From positions 319,812-383,811 of the forward strand of contig PS015054.1 of NCBI GenBank assembly GCA_048213135.1: a stretch of DNA of 64,000 bases. Direction: 5' to 3'. Under the pieces are notes generated by a model, which ran no database searches, had not been told where the DNA came from, and was given only the letters and a program-made list of their open reading frames with translations. This stretch comes from Reclinomonas americana ATCC 50394 (Eukaryota). This document shows positions 36,615 to 50,600 of the stretch, in pieces. The translations under genes were made by a program, and so were the position numbers. Position 1 is the first letter of the stretch, and the number at the start of each line of letters is the position of its first letter.

Positions 36615-39156
36615 TCATCGCTGCGTGGACGGTGATCGGTGGGTCGTTGTCGACCGCTCGCGTTGGTACTGCGCGAGTTGCTGCTGAAGGTGCATCAGCA
36701 TGCGATCCTTGTCGGCACACTGCGAGGGGGGAGAGCGCGCAGTGAGCAACTCAGCCATTCACTCTTCGACTCCGTGTACTGCGCACCAAGCGAGCCCACT
36801 CTGCCAGCTCGGCTTGCTGCTGTTGAATCATGGCGTCGAATTGCTGTGCCAAAGCAGCAAACTCGTGTCTCTCCTGGTCGAGCTACGAGACACCAGGGTC
36901 AACAACAATCATAGCGCGCTGGCACGCCAGTTCCACGAGCGACGCACCGTCAGTGCCAGTGAATCTCTCTCTGCCGTCACGCGCTGCAATCGAGCTGCCA
37001 GTGGTTCCTCGGTGGCGATAGCCGGTCGAGAGGCAGGAGGAGGGTCGCCGGCGGTGCCGAGTATCAAGTGGCCATCGCGCAGCTCCAGCACTATGCGCAG
37101 TGGCTACCAAGTTGTCGACCAAGTGAGAAACAGAGCGGAAGAACTGCACCTCCATCACCCACACGCACCGTGTGCGCTCCATTGACGGAGGGCTGCATCG
37201 ATATCGGTGGTGCCGACGGTGTTGCCGGCGGCACTGACTGCACTGGTGGTGCAGGTGGTGCAGGTGGGGGTAGTGGTGGAGGAGCAGGAGGCGGAGAAGG
37301 AGAGCGCGGTGGCGATGGCGGAAGCACGTGCAAGATGGGAGGTGGCGACGGTGGCGATGGAGGCGTCAGCGACGGCGCGACACTGCGCGTGAGACGAGCA
37401 CGCAGTTGCATGTAACGCGCACGCGTGTTGGCGGTCCAGTCGCCAGAGCTCAGCAGCACATCGCGACTGCGTTCCGGATCAGTGTTGGGCGGCGTCATGC
37501 ATTCGAGCAGACACAACGCGCCCACATCGCCTGCGCGACAGTGAGTCGCTACGCATGTCACAATCTCTCCCAAGTGGCGCATCTCACCAATGGGGTTGTG
37601 TTGCAAGTCCACATTCCGAATGCTCGTGTTGTGCAGCAGGGCCACACTCAGCAGCGCAGCATTGGCATCTGTCACCACAACGGGGGGCGTGAGGAACACG
37701 ATGGATGAAGCTCCTACCATCAATGCGTACACGCACCATCCAGTCGGTTCTCGCTCACGTCAATCGCAGTTACGGTGTGAAGCTGCACGGGGGAGATGAA
37801 TAACCATGATGAACCTCCACGAAGATCTCTTGTCGTAACTCGCGGAATCGTCTCCGCCAGCGCCTTGGCTCCATCGCCACCAATTTTGTTTCGCCGCAAG
37901 ATGAGTGACACCGACGCATCCCCGTTCCCACCATCAGCGGCACCCTCTGCGTCGGCGAGTTCGTCCATGGTGGCGAGCAGTGCCGAGATGCCGTACAGCT
38001 GAATGTCGTTGTCGCCGGCGTCGATGATGCGCAGACTCGGCAGCCAGCGCCGAAATGTTCTGCGCCAGCAGGGTGAGGAGAGGGGAAGAGAGAAGGGGAG
38101 ATGAAGTTGCCGTCTACGAAACTGGCACGCCTCGGTGATGCCATAGTCGGTGAGGTTGCAGCGACTCAGATTCACCGTGTGCACACAGCTCAAGCTGCGG
38201 GCGACCTCCTCGCTGCTGTCGGCCTCGCAGGCCAGCGACGCGAACACCAACACGCACAGGTCATCGCCCATACGCGACCCAGCCAGCGATAGCTGCTGCA
38301 GGGCACTGATGCTGTGCACTCGTTGCACCTGTGCGCGGTGAGGGGGCCAAATAGAGACAACTCACTCACCACACGCCAGGCATGACGCACCAAGTGAGCG
38401 ACGTCTGCCCGACCAAAGCTCCACAGTGCGTTCTCCCGCCAGTGCAAGCTCGCATCGACAGCATTGAAGGCCCACTTGACTTCGGTCGGTGGTGCACGTG
38501 GCGAGGTGCCGGCGACAAACAGCTCACGTCGTGGCGATGCAGCGGGCGACGACGATTGCTGTGCACGCACCCGGAATGAGAACACAGCAGATTGCTTCCA
38601 CGTACACAGAAGCACGCACCGATGACGACGCCTTGCCATTCGCGCCACCGCCCTGCAGCGGCGGTGGAATGAACAGACGAGCGACCGATGGTGGAGTGCG
38701 CTGTGCGTCTGGCGTATAAGCTGCGGTGGCGTTCCCATGAATGACGACATCACGACGAACGCACCTGACCGCCACTCGGAAGCAACGCAGCTGCACCGGC
38801 GCGACTGAGCTGCGGATGCACAGGTCGCAGCTGACCCTGCAACAATCGATCCGTCAAATGCACCAACACACAATGCACACACTCAATGCACGCACCTCAC
38901 TGGCGGTCACCAACGCCGCTGCATCGTCGACTGTACGCAGCTGGAACATCATCGACGTACCTGCAGGCGGCACCGGCGATTGTGTCGGCGCCTTGATTGC
39001 AGAGGGTGGTGTCTTGACAGAGGTTGTGGCGGGAACAGTGGTCGACACTGCCTGGCGAGTGACGCGCGACAGCACCGGCGAGGTGGCGTTGCGGAGGCGC
39101 CAGATACGCTCTGCCATGGTGCCGGCTGGCGGGGGAGGCGGCGAGCCAGGCTCCAT
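36615..39156 (-). CDS. RNI-like leucine-rich repeat protein with a Pro-rich linker and C-terminal coiled coil
   Basis: LQQLSLAGSRMGD, VHTVNLSRCNLTDYG, LRIIDAGDNDIQLYG, LILRRNKIGGDGAKALA, IRNVDLQHNPIG. Confidence 0.75.
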
Positions 39157-39605
39157 GTCAGCCTGGCGCCCTTCCGCACCCGCGCCGTCGCCGATGGATT
39201 ATATGCATCATCGGATCAATCGACGACCACAATGCGACTCGCGATGCGTGCGGTGTACACCCGGCTGCGATGCACACCCGCTGCCCCCTTGAAGGATATC
39301 GTAATCTTAGTCTCCTCCGGGAGCTATGATAGCGACACACGGAACACCGCCAAGCGTGTGACTCTAACAACATGGGTCAATCACGTGCCAGTAGTAGTGT
39401 GCCGGAGAGCAGAACGCAATTAGGAACCTTGGTGTTGGGCTCGTTACAAAAGGCCTCCTGAGGGTCGATATGACGCGGACATTCACTCATACTTGGAACG
39501 AAAGCGAAAGCGAAGAAATGATGCGCATGATGAATGCGGGGGTGAAAGGAGTACATTGGTGTTTGTTGTTGACACTGATGATAATACGCGCGCACGCACA
39601 CACGG

Positions 39606-41483
39606 TCACTTCTTCTTGCCCTTCTTTCCCTTGCCGCCCTTCTGCAGTGCCACCACCGGTGCCGGGTGAGGTCTTCTTGCACTCGCACGGGTGACGAGGG
39701 AAAAATGCACAAACCTTGGGTTTTGGTGGACCATTTCGTCGGAAGTAGCCACGCCACGCCGTCTGCAGCATGAGCACAGCAATCTGCTTCTGCCGTGTCT
39801 CCTCCTCCTTGCGCTTCCGCTCGTCCTCCCTGTACACCCACGATGAGCATCATGACACACAGCCGCGACAACACTGGCAGTGACGCAACTTGCGCCGGTC
39901 CAGTTCCTCCCTTCTGGCCTTGCTCTCCAGCTCCTGCTGGTACTCCTCTCGCGCCTTGGCCAGGTGCTCCAGTTGGATCTCACGCTCCTTGCGTGACACC
40001 ATCAGTGCCTCCTCCAGATCCGTGGTCTCCGCACGCGACCTGTTGCGCCAATCCTCCAGCCGTTCCGTCAGCTCCTCCACACTGGTCACCAAGTGCCGCT
40101 GCAGCTCCTTGAAGACGCGCGTCTCGATCAATGTCTCGCGCTCCAGCAGTTTTGCCTGTCACACACACACGAGTCAGCATCAGCGCGCCACCATTGCCTG
40201 CACTCCAGCACCACATACCTGCTCCTGCAGTTTCTTGAGTCGCTCGGCCTCGAGTCGCCGCCGTGCCTGCGACTCGGCTCCTGTCTCCGCCTTGAGTTTC
40301 TCAAACGCATAATCCGTCTCGTATCGCAGCTGTCGCACATTCTCCTTGAGCGCAATGAGCTGGTCGGAGCGCTTGGAGAGCTCGGCGGCACGCGATTGCC
40401 GCTCCGCCTCCACTGACGCCTGCAACTCGCGGACCACCGTGAAAATCTCGTTCTCCTGCGACAACAGCTCATCTTCCCGCTCTCGTCGTGCACGCTCGTC
40501 AAACACTTGTCGCGAGAATGCGCTGCAGTTGACCTCGCCCAGTCCAATCGTGCCCGTCACACCTACGAGGCGAGTGATTGTTCAGTGTCTCTCGACTGCG
40601 TGTCAGCCCGGACACACACGATATGACTGACACACACCTGCAAGGTTGCGAATGACACCATCGGAGAGGTCGCGCACACACGACTCCAGCGACTCGTGCA
40701 GCTCCAGTCGCTGGTTCTGTACACGCCGGAAATTGTCCGAGTCACTCGGGTTGGCCTTCAGCGTCGAGCACAGCTTCTTGGTGGTGTCGCGCAGTTGTGC
40801 CGCCACCTCTCGCAGCTCTTGTTGCTCCCGTTGTGTCTCGTTGAGGGCCTTGTTCTCGATTTGATGCACTGCGCAAGAGATATATGTGTGAGAGGAGACA
40901 TGTGGGCGGTGCACACGGTGGAGGGAGGCTGCACGCACCGCCAAACTCCTCCAGTGCAAAAGGCGTCATGGTCGACACCTTCTTGCTCTCCTTCTTTGTC
41001 AGCAGGCCCTCATACGCCGCTTCCAAGTGCTACCCACACGCACGCGAAGAGTGTCAGCCCTCCAAACACGCCAGTACCTCTCGCTCCCCCCAGCACAGAC
41101 CTTTTGATCCTCCAAAATCTTGCCAACGACACCATCGCCATCCGAGTCGTCTGAACGCGACACGCATTCAGTTTTTAACTGCACTGTTGCACGACTCTCC
41201 CTCATCAACTGCCGCGTACCCTTCAGCTTGGCCTCGGCCGACTTGAGCGTCGATCCCGAGCTGATGATGCTCAACAGTTGCAATCGCTGTCATTCGCAAG
41301 TCAGCACTCAAGCACAACACACAGACAGACAGTCGCCCACGCACTTCTGTGGCCTTTTCGAGAATGGCCGCACACCGAATAGCCTGCGTCGTGCTCAACA
41401 GCAGCTGCACAGAGACGCTCGTGTCAGACACTCTCTCACTCCCCACTGTCATGCACACACACACACCTGCGCACTGCGACCAT
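39606..41483 (-). CDS. IQCG: IQ-domain dynein regulatory complex subunit (IQCG/DRC9-like)
   Basis: LCSTLKANP..NFRRVQNQR, long coiled coil, IQ motif LQTAWRGYFRR, basic tail KGGKGKKGKKK. Confidence 0.78.
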
Positions 41484-41587
41484 GACTACTCGCAGCTCCG
41501 GCTCCGACTCCCGACGACGATCCACCTCCGCCGCCGACAGCACTCGACGACGCTGTCTTACTCATCTCACACACGAGTTAACGACCA

Positions 41588-41595
41588 TGACGTCA
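41588..41595. promoter_or_regulatory. CRE-like palindrome TGACGTCA in the divergent IQCG/surface-protein promoter
   Basis: ATGACGTCAC, about midway between the two ATGs (41483 and 41693). Confidence 0.4.
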
Positions 41596-41692
41596 CGCAT
41601 CTCATTTGTCAGCCACTGTCCACATTGTGTCCGAAATCGTGATTTTTTCCTCTTGCGTGGAGTCGCTCACCCACTCTTTCTCTCTCTCCACC

Positions 41693-44600
41693 ATGTCATC
41701 GCCTGGTGGTCGACCATGGGCTGTGGCGATCGCTGTGATTGTTCTTTTAGTGACCGTGCTTCAGCCGGTCGATGCAGGTGAGTGTGTCTGACATAACACT
41801 GTGCTTCTCGTCCGCGTCATACGTGTTTTTTTGATCCGCATGCCCCGCCCGCAGCGTATACGGTGACGGGAGTGGTGCCGCTGAGCATCGTGGCTGGATC
41901 GCCAGCCACCAATCAGGTGTTGAGTGTGGCGGGCACGGGATTCGCGGCCGGAGATACTCTGTATCTGGTGTCGTGGCGAGGAGGCATGGCGTCGTGCCCT
42001 CCGTCGCCCACTGCCGACACCTCTGTGACGTCGACGAATGTGGCGGTCACCGATGCCGCCAATGTGGTGGTGACGTTTTCGGCGGCGTCGCTGGTGGCCG
42101 GCAATTCATATCTGGTGTGCGGTGCCTCGGTCGACGGGACATCGACGGCCAGTGCGGGTGGCGCGCTGTTGGTGACGGCGCGTGCGTTGGTGACCACGGC
42201 GGTGTCGCCAACTGTGGTGCGTACGACAGTAGCCGTCAAGCTGCAGGTCACAGCGCCGGGCACCACTGATTTGTCGCAAGTGGCCAAGTGGGCCCTGGTG
42301 GCCGCCGGCAGCTCCTGTTCCACGGCCAATGATGTGGGGGCCGTGGCCGTCACCACGGTCAACAACGTCAACAACCAGACCGTGCAGCTCACCTACACGG
42401 CTGCGGCGGCGGGCACGCGCATCGTGTGCGCCCTGCTCCACGCCACCACTGCAGCGAATGCGGTACCCGTGGCCACGAGCACCCAAATCAGCGCCGTCGA
42501 TTTCACTACGGCTGCAATGACGCCCGTGGCACCGGTGGTGGTGGTGGCTGGCGTGACCACCACAGTGGTGACTGTCACCGGCACCGGCCTCACCGGCACG
42601 AGCGTGTGGGTGGCGGTGCCGGCTGCTGCCGCCGATTGCAGCACGACGGCCGTGACGGCCTCGTCTGTGAACGCCCCCGATGGCACTGCTGTGCTGGTGA
42701 CAGTGACGTTTGGAGCCAGCGGCACAGAGAGCACACACGAGCTTTGTGGCCGTCCGTCGGGATCCGACGCGCAGAGCTTCTTGCGTCTTGCCGGCATCAC
42801 CGTCACTGCCAGTTGCGATATCGATCATCGCCTTCTTTCTTCTCCCCGCGGTCAGCACGCAGTGTTGTCTCACAGTCTACGATGCGCACACAGAGGGCAT
42901 TACTGCCACTTCCATCTCCCCGTCTGGCATCTTTGCCGGCGTGGCGCAGACCACGACAATCGCCGGCACCAACATGGCGGCCGATCACTCAGTCCGTGCA
43001 GTGGCCAATGCGTGCACAGATACGGTAGGAGCTGTCACCGCCGATGCGGTGGCTCTCAGTGGAGCGAACCTCACCGCCACCTTCAACACACTTCCTGCCG
43101 CATCCTACAAATTGTGTGTGTCTCCCAATGGCGGCACTGCGACCAATGGACTGCAGGTCACTGGAACACTGACCGCACGCGCCGTCACACTAACATCGGT
43201 GGCGCCCGCAGTGGTGCTGGCCACCACTGCTGCGCGCACAGTCACTGTCTCGGGAGCGGGATTCGTGGCCGGCGACATTATGTACGCCGTGTCCGGTGCT
43301 GACTGTACCGACACGTCTCTCGATGCGGTCGGTCAACGTCGCGCTGCTGCTTGATCGCAAGTGTCGCCACTCACTCACTCGCAATTGTGTTTGTAGGGTG
43401 CATCCACCATTCAGAATGCGGGCGCACGCCTTGTTGCCGATCTCCCGTCGCTGGCAGCTGGCGACTATCGCGTGTGCGTACGGTCAGCGAACTCGGCCGC
43501 CGGCAACGGAGTGTTTGTGGGCATGGCGGCCGACAAAGTGACTGCCGGTTTGTGGCGCTGGCGGATTCATCTTGTCGTGCACTGAACGCACTCAAAATGA
43601 TCTTCCGCACAGTGGCGTTCACTCTCAACACCATCACGACGAATATCATTGCCGGCGAAGCGCAGCAGCTGGCCGGCGTGGGCACTGGATTCACCAATAA
43701 CGACACGTGGTACGCGGTGGCATCAGGAGCCGCATGTGCAAGTGCAACGGTTGTGGCCACTGGCAGTGCCACGGCCGCTGATGCCATGAACGGCACTGTA
43801 ACGCTCACCCTCGGCACACGAGGTGCGATCGGTGCAGTTGCCAATCACTGTACTCCCCACCACGTCTTACCTGGGGGTGCGTTTTTTCTGTGACAGGCGC
43901 CACGTCGGCGTATACATTGTGTGCGTTTCCAGTGAACTCCGACAAGAATAATAGCCTGGCGTGGGGCACGGCTGTGAATGCCAGTTGCGTTGTTGCATGT
44001 CGAGTTCTCGAGTTTGTACGGCGGCAGGCTGATTGACGGCGCACAGTCGGCCTGCAAGTAACATCGTTCTCCATCACGCGCATCTTGTCGGGCGTACAGC
44101 AAATAGTTCGCATTGCGGGTAACAATATCGCGAACGACAACACTTTTAATGCTGCAACTTCGACCACTTCGGTAAGCACTCTCTGCACACTCGTGAGACT
44201 CAGAAGGTGTGTACCTCATGCGTGATCACGATGATTGTCGAGCAGGTGGCAGATTGCAGCACCATGGGCACTGCAGCTGCTTCAGTGGCGCAGACTGGCG
44301 GCACGCAAGCCGATGTCACATTTACGACGCTCACCGCGGAAACCTACAAACTCTGCTTCAACCTCAATGGTGGCCTGGCGGCGAATTGGGTTTACGGCTC
44401 GCCCACATTTACTGTAGTCGACCTCACGACCACCAGTATCGACACCACGGGTGTGATTGCTGGCTCCGCACAGGTCATTGGCATCACGGGCACTGGTCTG
44501 GCAAACACCAACTTGTGGCGTGCTGTTGACGGAGCGCAGGTGAGTGTTTCCGCACTTCATTGCCTTGTGCCGCTACCGCTCACTCAACTGGTGACAGACC

Positions 44601-47600
44601 GACTGCTCGACTGCTGGTACCGCTTCTGGTGCCGTGTCTACGACTGGTGGCACCAGTGCCTCGGTGACGTTCACTCTCGGCAGCAGTGGGGCGGCGTCCT
44701 CGTGGAAACTGTGTGTGACAGTCGGCGAAGTGAGCACCGTGAATGCGGTCCTTGCTGCCTCCGGAGCGACAGTGTCTGCAAGTTTCGTCCTGTTTGCTTC
44801 TTCTCTGTCTCCCCCCTGTCTCTCTCTTTGGCGCTCAACAACAATCCCTCTTCTGCCATCATTGTCAGTCGCCACCACGACGACCGACACGACGCCGACT
44901 GTATTTTTCGCTGGCATTCAGCAGAATGTGGTCGTCACTGGCACAGCTCTCGACCAAGTCTCGTTCAAGACAGTCACAACGGCACTCACGTGCACCGACG
45001 CTGGAACAGCTGCCATGCCCACACTGACGAATGCCAACGCCACAGGCACATTTGCGCTCACACTGGTAAGTGCCATTCATGCGAACATACTCTTTTTGTC
45101 GCTATTTGTGTCGCTGAGTTTGCACGGTGCAGGGTGCCGCCGGAACGACAAGCACGTACATTCTGTGCATGTGGCCCACCACGGGCGGCACCAGTTCGAG
45201 CGCCGTGGTCGTCAGCAATCTCACTGCCAGTTGCGTCAGCTGTCGTTGCGCCCATATTGTCGAGGGTGGCTGTGAACTCAAACGCGTGTCCCTGCAGGCG
45301 GCATGACTCTCACCTCCATCGACACCAAGAAGATCATTGCTGGTGTTGCGCAGACTGTGGCGCTGACTGGCACCAACTTGGCCGCCAATCCCCTCCTGCG
45401 TCTCGTGAGCGATGCCGACACGGACTGCTCCAACGCCGGAACTGGCACGACGCCCACCTCCTCCTCGGCCGTTGCGCACTCATGCGTTGTATTCCCTCGT
45501 TTCCTACCCACTAATTCTCATTCGTCGTTATCATTATTTAGTCCGGAACAACTGGATCCTTTGTGGCCACTCTGTTGCGTATGCCACATGCAGCGACGCG
45601 CACTGGGGCTCTCCACCAGTATCTTACATTCCCCCCCCCCCCCCCGCCTTGTGCGCAGTGGCACGTCTGGCACCGCCTCGTCTTACAAGCTGTGCTTTGG
45701 ACCGGCGAGTTCATCGGTTGCCAACATGCAGCTTGCTGAGGCTGGAGCCAAAATCGATGCCTGTTGCGTACACGAGGGATATTAGTGCAGACCACCGTGG
45801 CAGCGACTCATTTATTCTCTTGTCGCACTCTGTAGCTGCGCTGACGGCCACCGACGTGGCTCCTCGTGTGATCATTGGTGGTGTGGTGCGTACCAGTGTT
45901 GGTTGCATGTTGTGTGATTGTCGTGTCCGCTGACTTTTCATCCTGTTCGCAGAATCAAGTGGTGACCATCACTGGCACCAATCTGGCCGACACGCACGTT
46001 GTCACTGCCGTACCAGCTGCGAGTGCCAACTGTGGCGTGGGAGGCGCTGTTGCAGGCACTGGCGGAACAGCTGCGGGAGACGGAAACTCGGCCACGGTAC
46101 GTCGACACGGTCACGCTCTACGTAGAACAATAATTCACCCATTCCCGCTCCGCAGTACACTATGAATCTCACCGCCGGCAGCTACCGTCTGTGCATCGGG
46201 CCTGCCAATGGTGTTGCGGCTAACTCTGTGTTCATTGGCGACAATACGGTGCAACTGCAAGCTGGTGAGTGGCCACCGCGCGCTCATCGGTTTATTGCCC
46301 TGCCCTGCATTGTGCTCACCTTTTGCTCACAGCCGGCATCAACGTCACCGATGTCACTTCGGGTGTCATTGCCGGCCTGAGCCAGACTGTGGTGCTCAGT
46401 GGCAGTGGGTTGTCGATGAACGACGAGGTGAAGGCTGTGGCCGCCGGCGGCAACTGCAATGCGGCCAACATCAACCCCACGTCGCTGACCAACACGGCGA
46501 GCACCTCGTCCAAGGCGCAATTCACGTTGAGTACCGCCGGTACCACTGCGTCGTTCATCGTGTGCATTGGACCGCAGAACGGCACCGCCGGGAACCGCAT
46601 CAATGTGGGCACGGTGCAGGCTGTCGGCTTGACAACAACTGCACTCGCGCCCGGAGTGGTTGTCGCTGGTGCAGCGCAAGTGCTGCAAGTCTCTGGCACA
46701 TCGCTGGCCACCACGCAAGCATTCGTCGCCGTCCCTTCCTCTGCCACGGACTGCTCGAACAGTCAGGCCGGTACCGCTGCCGCACTCGTGGGCATTGCCG
46801 GCACAGATGCACTCGTCACCATTACGATTCCGTCGGCCGGCACCTGGAAACTGTGCGTCAGCATCCTGTCGGCCACTGTCTCCTTCAATGGCGTCCTGGT
46901 CAACAGCGGATCCACGTTCCAAGCTCGCGCCATCACGTTGACGCAGATCAGCACACTGTCGATCATCGCCGGCATCAATCAGACGCTGGTGATTACCGGT
47001 TCTGGTTTGACTGCTGTCGACACGATTCGCTTCGTGGACGCCACCAATAACAGCTGCCCGGCCACGGGAGGCACTGCGCCGTCGGCCGCCGTGCTGGCTC
47101 CCGGAGGTCAGCAAGCCACCATCACCATCAATCTCGGCACCGCCGGCACGACCTCACAGTACAAGTTGTGCTTTGGGCCGCAGAACGGAGCCGGAACCAA
47201 TGATCTGTTTGCACAGAGCGCCGCCGTCGTCAATGCACGTTGCGTAGGACGACTAGCGCATTGCACACCATGGCACAGCGTGCGCATGCTCACTGAGTTG
47301 TGGTTTTGTTTTTGTTTGATGTCTGCAGAGGGTGTGTCGGTGACCGCCATTGCCCCGAATCTGTTTGTCGCCGGCTTCCCGCGCACTGTACAGCTCACAG
47401 GCACGGAACTGAGCAATCTCTCGGTGCTCACATTGCCGAGTTCGAGCACCACATGCCCGCCGACGGTCACCGCCAACTCGTTGACTGCACTCACGTCGGT
47501 TGCGGGCAACGGGCTGACTGGCAACATGACGAGGAGTGTGCCGGTCGTTGCGTTTCTGTCGATTTCGGAGAAGACAAAAGCGCAGCCTCAAAGCGCTCAC

Positions 47601-50600
47601 TCACATGTGCCTCCGATCTACACAGGGCTACACGAATCTCTGCATCGGCTTTGCGGACTCGTTCTCCAATGCACTGTTTGTGGGCAACTTGTACACCGCC
47701 ATTGGCTTCACGACGGTGGCTCCCAAGGCACACTTGCGTCTCGCGCAACGGATTGTGACGCTGAGTGGTAGCCTCCTTGACCAAGCCACGAACGCCGCCA
47801 TTCGGCTCGGCACGTCGTCTTCGTGCACTGGCGGCACAGCAGTGGTGAACGGCACCGGTGTAAGTACGACGGCGCAGCGACTGACTGCCACATTTGACCT
47901 GTCTGCTGTCAATGGTGATGCAATCGTGCTTGACGATGAACTCCTCTGTTTTTTTTTGTTGGATCGACAACTCACGATGTTTGTTTGCAGCTGGCTCCTA
48001 CACGCTGTGTGTGGACCTCACCGGCACTGGTGTGTTTGAGGAGGCCGGAACTGCAGCCGCTTTCCGCGTCAGTTTCGTCCGCGATGTAACGCTTGGTGCT
48101 CACATCGCCGCTCACTCCTTGCCTCCCCAGGTCGCTCGGTGAGTGTGGAAAAGTCCGCGATTTCCTCCGGTGCGAATGCCGGTGTCGTCATCAATGGCGT
48201 TGCTTTCCCCGTCGACGGTGTCTCGGTCGGCCTGACAACGAGTGCCAACTGCGGAGGCACGCTGCCAGTGCTCTCCTCCTCCGCTTCTGCCAACGATGCG
48301 AGCATCACGTTGCGTTCGATTGCGATGTACGCGTGCGATTCGAATCGGCATGTCATAACACGCCTGGCACGCGCAGAGCTTCGTTTGGCACGCTTCCGTT
48401 TGCCAGCGGCTCGTTGCTGACGGTGTGCGCGAGTGTTGACGGTCCGGCATTTACAGCGTATGAGCTTGTCGGCACTGCCAACAGTGTCTTTGTTGGTCTG
48501 TGATGCCGTGGTCTCTGGCGGCAATGCATGGACACTCACGGCCCGCGTGACTTGTGTAGGGCGTATCACGAGCGTGTCACCACGTCGTATCAGTGTCGGC
48601 TACGAGTCGACAATCACGCTCACCGGTTTGCAGCTGTCGACGGCCGACAAGCTGTATGTGGTGGGTGTTGCCTCGGTGTGCACGCTGGCTGCCGGTGCCA
48701 AGCCGCTGCCACCCGGCAAGCTGTCATCGGCCACTGTCAACAGCACCGCGACGCAGTTGGCGGTGCCTGTGTTGGCTGATGCGAACTACTCCGGCGATTG
48801 GCATCTGTGTGTGCTCTCCAGTGCCTCGGGGCAGCTGGAAGGAACGCAGCAAGTCATCAATATCGGTGTGCTTGCGTTGCTCCTTGCCGTTGACTGATCT
48901 CTTTTTTCATACGTGCTCACGAATGTGGTTTCCTCCTACCAACAGTGCCGCGCGTCATCAGCTGGACTCCGACAAGCATTCCCTTTGGTATTCCGACCAC
49001 GTTCCTCGCCAAGATTGACGGCAACTGGCTCGATGCATCATTTGTTGTGCGTGTCGTTGACGCCAACGCCTCGTGCGCCGGCGTCACCGGCGACATTCAG
49101 AACTTGAGTGGCACATCTACCGGCAATTTTGCGGTTGTCTCGCCCGTGGTCATCTCCTTCTCGGTGACTGTCAACACGCAATCCGTGGTCACTCTGTGGT
49201 GCGTGCGCTCCCGTCGTTGCATGTGTCGCAAGATGTCTGCGATTACTCAAAAAGTGCCCGCATAACATGCAGCTTCCGCTACGCCAACGAGTTCACCAAG
49301 GACGCCGGGCAGCCAGTGATCGTTGAATGTTGCGTCGGGATGTCCAGTCAAACTTGATGTATTTTTGCATGGCTGACGCGATTGCTCCAGTCCCCCGTGT
49401 GAACAGGATCACGCCGACGACCATCCCCTTGTTCTCCGAGTTCAACATCACCATCGACGGTCAACTGCTTCGTGACGACAACGGAGTGGACTTCCGGCTG
49501 GTGACTGCACCGGCCACGTGCGGTGTCGGCAACATTGCCAATGCCGAGGGGGCAACGGTGGGATCGCCGCTCTTGCTTCTGAGCGATCGCACACGGATGC
49601 AAGTGACGGCGCGTGTGTCATTTTTGGGATCGTACCAACTGTGCGCCAAGTTTGTCGAGGCCTACGTCCCGTTCACGACGACGATGACGGTGTTGTGTGC
49701 GTAGCCATCCTTGTTGTGTTCTTATGGGGAAAGTGTGTATGGGTGACTGATTGTTGTTCTCCTCTGTTTGTGATTGCAGCGCCTGTCATCAACTCCATGT
49801 CGGTATGTTTGTGTGTGTCACATTTTTTAACTCCGTCATTGTCGACACGCTTCTTACCTGTCGACCTGAACACAGCCGCGATCCATCGGTCTCAACGAGC
49901 AGAGCAGCATCACGATTTCCGGCGACAATTTGTATGGCGCGCCGCTGTTGCGAGCGTACATTGTCGTCGAGTCCGCGTCTGGTTGCACATCGTCGGTTAG
50001 CCCGGCCACCGACGTCACTGTCGTGAGCGTGACAACAACCACATCGACTCCAGTGAGCATCATTGTGACGGCGCAGTTCACCGCTCAAGGCAGCTACCTC
50101 GTGTGCCTGTCACTGCCTCCGCTGGCACTGAATCCAGTACCCGGCGTGCTCCGTGTTGACCGTTGCGTGCCACCCGTCGTGCATATATGTTGCTTCTCCT
50201 CCACCAGTTCTCACTCCTTTAACAGGACCACTGGTGTCTGGCTACTCTCCGACCACGGTGATTTCCAATCGCAGCTCCACGCACACATTCCAGTGCGTAC
50301 TACTCGCGACATTTTGACCACCGCCACCTGCGCTGTAGCTGCTTCTTACATTGTGGTGGTGCAGGATCCGTGGCGGTACCGGTATTCGTGGCATCTTTGG
50401 TGTTGACATTTTGATTCCGCGATCGTTGCAAGTCCGCGCCGACACCATCGACCCGTGCACCACTGCGACGCAGGCGTCCGGAATCTTGGTGGTCGACCAA
50501 GTGAGCGTGGTCGGCGACCAGCTGGTGGCACGTGTGCGCTCCAGCCGCGACGGTACTTTTGTGCTGTGTGCCGTGGCCAACGACGTCGGCTCGTCCCAGC

